From positions 41,830,844-41,894,843 of the forward strand of contig NC_057728.1 in assembly GCF_004010195.1 (NCBI RefSeq): 64,000 nt of DNA, in the 5' to 3' direction. This DNA comes from Chiloscyllium plagiosum (lineage: Eukaryota). The stretch's first letter is position 1; the number at the start of each line of letters is the position of its first letter. Shown piece by piece: positions 61,245 to 64,000 of the stretch. The notes under the pieces are model-generated. The model was not told the DNA's origin. It ran no database searches and saw only the letters and a program-made list of their open reading frames with translations. A program made the translations under genes and the position numbers.

Positions 61245-63843
61245 TGTTTATTTGTTCATGGGACATAGGGGTCGCTGACTTTACTGCCCTTGAGGTGGTG
61301 GTACCTTGAACTGTCTTCTTGAACCACTGCAGCCCATGGACTATAGTACTGACAATGCCTTGAGGGAGGGTAGTCCAAGATTTTGACCCAGAGACAGTAA
61401 AGGAACACAATATTATTCCACATCAGGATGGTGAATGACTTGGAGGAGAACTTGCAGGTGGTGTTAATCCCATTCACTCGCTACCCTGTCCTTCTAGATG
61501 GAAGTGGTTGTGGGTTTAGAAGATGCTTGTCTGAGGATCTTTGGTGAATTTCTGCAGTGTAACTTGTAGAACATACACGCTGCTGCTACTGAGCATTGGT
61601 GGAGGATGTGATGCCAATAAAGCAGGCTGCTTTGCCTTGGATGGTGTCGAACTTCTTGAGGCAAGTGGAGAACATTCCATCACACAGTAAACCTTACCTT
61701 ACAGATGGTGGACAGGTTTTGAGGAGTCAGGAGGTGAGTTACTTGCTGCAGTATTCCTAGCCTCTGACCTGGTCTTGCAGTCACTGTTTTTATGTCTGAT
61801 TCCAGTTGAGTTTCTGGTCAATAGTAATGCTCAGCATACTGATACTGGGGGATTCAGTGATGGTAACACTGTCAAGGGGCAGTAGTTAGATTGTCTCTGA
61901 TTGGAATTGGTCATTGTCTGGGGTTTGTGTAATGTGAATGTTACTTGCCGCTTCTCAGCCGAAGCCTGGATATTATCCAGGTCTTGTTGTACTTGATCTT
62001 GGACTGATTCAGTACCTGAGGAGTCGCAAATGGTGCTGAACATTGTGCAATCATTGGTGAACAGCCCTACTTTTGACCTTATGATGAGGGGGAAGGTCAT
62101 TGATGAAGTAACTAAAGAGTTTTGGGCCTAGGACACTATCCTGAGGAATTCCTGCAGAAATGTCTTGGAGTTGAGATGACTGACCTCCAACAACCACAAC
62201 CATCTTCCTATGTGCCAGACATGAGTCCAGCAGCGCAGAGTTTGACTCTTGATACCCATTAATTTCAGTTTTGCTTGGTTTCCTTGATGCCACATAGTCA
62301 AACGCAGCCTTGAGGTCAAGGGCTGACACACTCACCTCACTTCCAGAATTCACCTCTTTTGTCCATGTTTGAACCATGAGGTCAGGAAGTGAGTTGCCCT
62401 GGCAGAACTAGGCATCACTGAGCAGATTATTGGTAAGCAGGTGCTGCTTGATGGCAGTGTTGATGAAACCTTCCATCACTTTACTAATGATAGAGAGTAG
62501 ACTGATGGGGAGGTAATTGGCTCAGCTGGATTTGTCCTGCTTTTTGTGTCCAGGTCTAATGTAGGCAATTTTCCACAATGCTGGGTAGATGCTAGTGTAT
62601 TGGAACAACTTGGTTAGGGAATGTCAAATTCTGGAGCACACATCTTCAATACTAATGCCTGAATGTTGTCACAGTCCATAGCCTTTGCTGCTTCCAGTGC
62701 CTCCAAATGAATCAAACAAGTTGAAGACTGGTCACTGTGATGTTGGGGGCCACTGGAGGAGACCAAGATGGATCACCCACTCGGCACTTCTGGTTGAAGA
62801 TTGCTGCGAATGATTCAACCTCATCTTTTGTCCTGGTTATTGGGCCCTTTCACCACTGAGGATGGGGATATTTCTGAAACCTCCTCCTTCAATGAATTTT
62901 TGAATTGTCCACCACCATTCACGACTGGATGTGGCAGGACTGCAGAGCTCAGATCTCATCCATTGGTTGTGGGATGTCTTTAACTCTTGTCTATCACTTA
63001 CTGTTTATGCTGTTGGCATGTTAATGCTGTCTGGTAGCTTCACCAGATTGATACCTCACTTTTGTGTATGCTTGGTGCCTAAAAGCAGGTGTTCCATCCT
63101 ACATTGATCACCTGGTTTGATGGTAACAGCTGAGGCGATGAGATTACAAATTGTGCTGGAGTACAATTCTGCTGCTGTGAGTGGTCCCTAGCACATTATG
63201 GATGCCCATTCTTGAGGTGCTAGACCTGTTTGACATTTTGCCCCATTTAGCATGGTGACCTTGCCATATAACATAGTGGAGCATATTCTCAATGTGAAGG
63301 CAGGGCATCTCCACCAGGACTGGGCACTAGTCACCCTGACCAATACTGTCATGGTCAGATACATCTGCAGCTGGCAGATTGGGTTCAATAAGGTCAAGGA
63401 GGTTTTTCCTTCTGGTTAATTTCCTCATTACCTGCCACAGACCAAATCTAGCAGTTATGTCATTTAGGACCCGAACAGCTTGATCAGCAGTCCTCCTGCT
63501 GAGCCACTCTTGATGCTGGTCATTGTGATCCTCAACACAGAGTACATTTTCTCCCATGCAACCCTCAGTGCTTCCTCCAGGTGTTGTTCAACATGGAGGA
63601 GTACAGAATCATCATCTCATGGAGGATGGTAATGTGGTAATCAGCAAGAAGTTTCCTTCCCCAGGTTTAATCTGAAGCTATGAGACTTCAAAGGGTCCAG
63701 AGTTAATGTTGAGGACGCCAGGGCATCTCCTTCCTGACTATATACCAATGTGCTGCCACCTCTGCTAGGTCTGTCCTGCTGATGGGACAATGTATATCCA
63801 GAGATGGTGATGGTGGGATATTATCTGTAAGGTATGATTCGTA
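61245..63843 (-). mobile_element. CR1-group LINE ORF2 (endonuclease to 3' end), decayed
   Basis: ALDLKAAFD, GIPQDSVLGP.LFSYFINDLP, LFTNDCT, QQDLDNIQ, endonuclease motifs (N.HHQEWL, NLLDL); 3' tail at about 61245-61300. Confidence 0.9.
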
Positions 63844-64000
63844 AGACACCTTCCAAATGTCACTTACTCAATTTTACACTGTTGAGCATCACTGCTGGCA
63901 ATATATGTTTATATCAGAAGACCAGAGAAACAAAAAGTGGAATATGTCATCGGTATGCTGAAGGTAAAACCCAGAAAACACAATTGCCTCATATCTTATC

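Noticed and set aside
46398..64000. Next upstream MSRB3 micro-exon (expected to encode about SETKFDSGS)
   Set aside because: No convincing match with splice sites found by eye; probably outside the window, though a very short exon could be missed

Overview
Vertebrate genomic DNA, most likely a shark (inferred from HE1/V-SINE-like and Deu-domain SINEs and abundant CR1-group LINEs). The only host gene I can support is MSRB3 (methionine-R-sulfoxide reductase B3) on the minus strand. Its last two coding exons are at 46300-46397 and 44077-44232 and end in the ER-retrieval-like signal KTEL. Everything from 46398 to the window end is probably one large MSRB3 intron, and 1 to about 43500 lies downstream of the gene. 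The rest is a dense, often nested transposon landscape: CR1-group, L2, RTE, Rex1-like and L1 LINEs, three to four SINE families, Penelope-like elements carrying minimal hammerhead ribozymes, two decayed Ty3/Gypsy elements (one with Gmr1-type architecture), a solo LTR, Harbinger remnants and MITEs. A few kb-scale repeat-poor blocks hold candidate regulatory motifs. The most notable observations are (i) tRNA-headed SINEs built from both ends of an apparently ORF1-less CR1-group LINE, (ii) a nested Penelope fold-back element that seems to carry about 800 bp of foreign DNA between its arms, (iii) several hammerhead ribozyme cores, and (iv) an intronic L1 with a TSD-flanked antisense copy of its own endonuclease region. 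Repeat boundaries were read by eye and are approximate unless a TSD or splice site is quoted. There is a 480-N assembly gap at 28812-29291.
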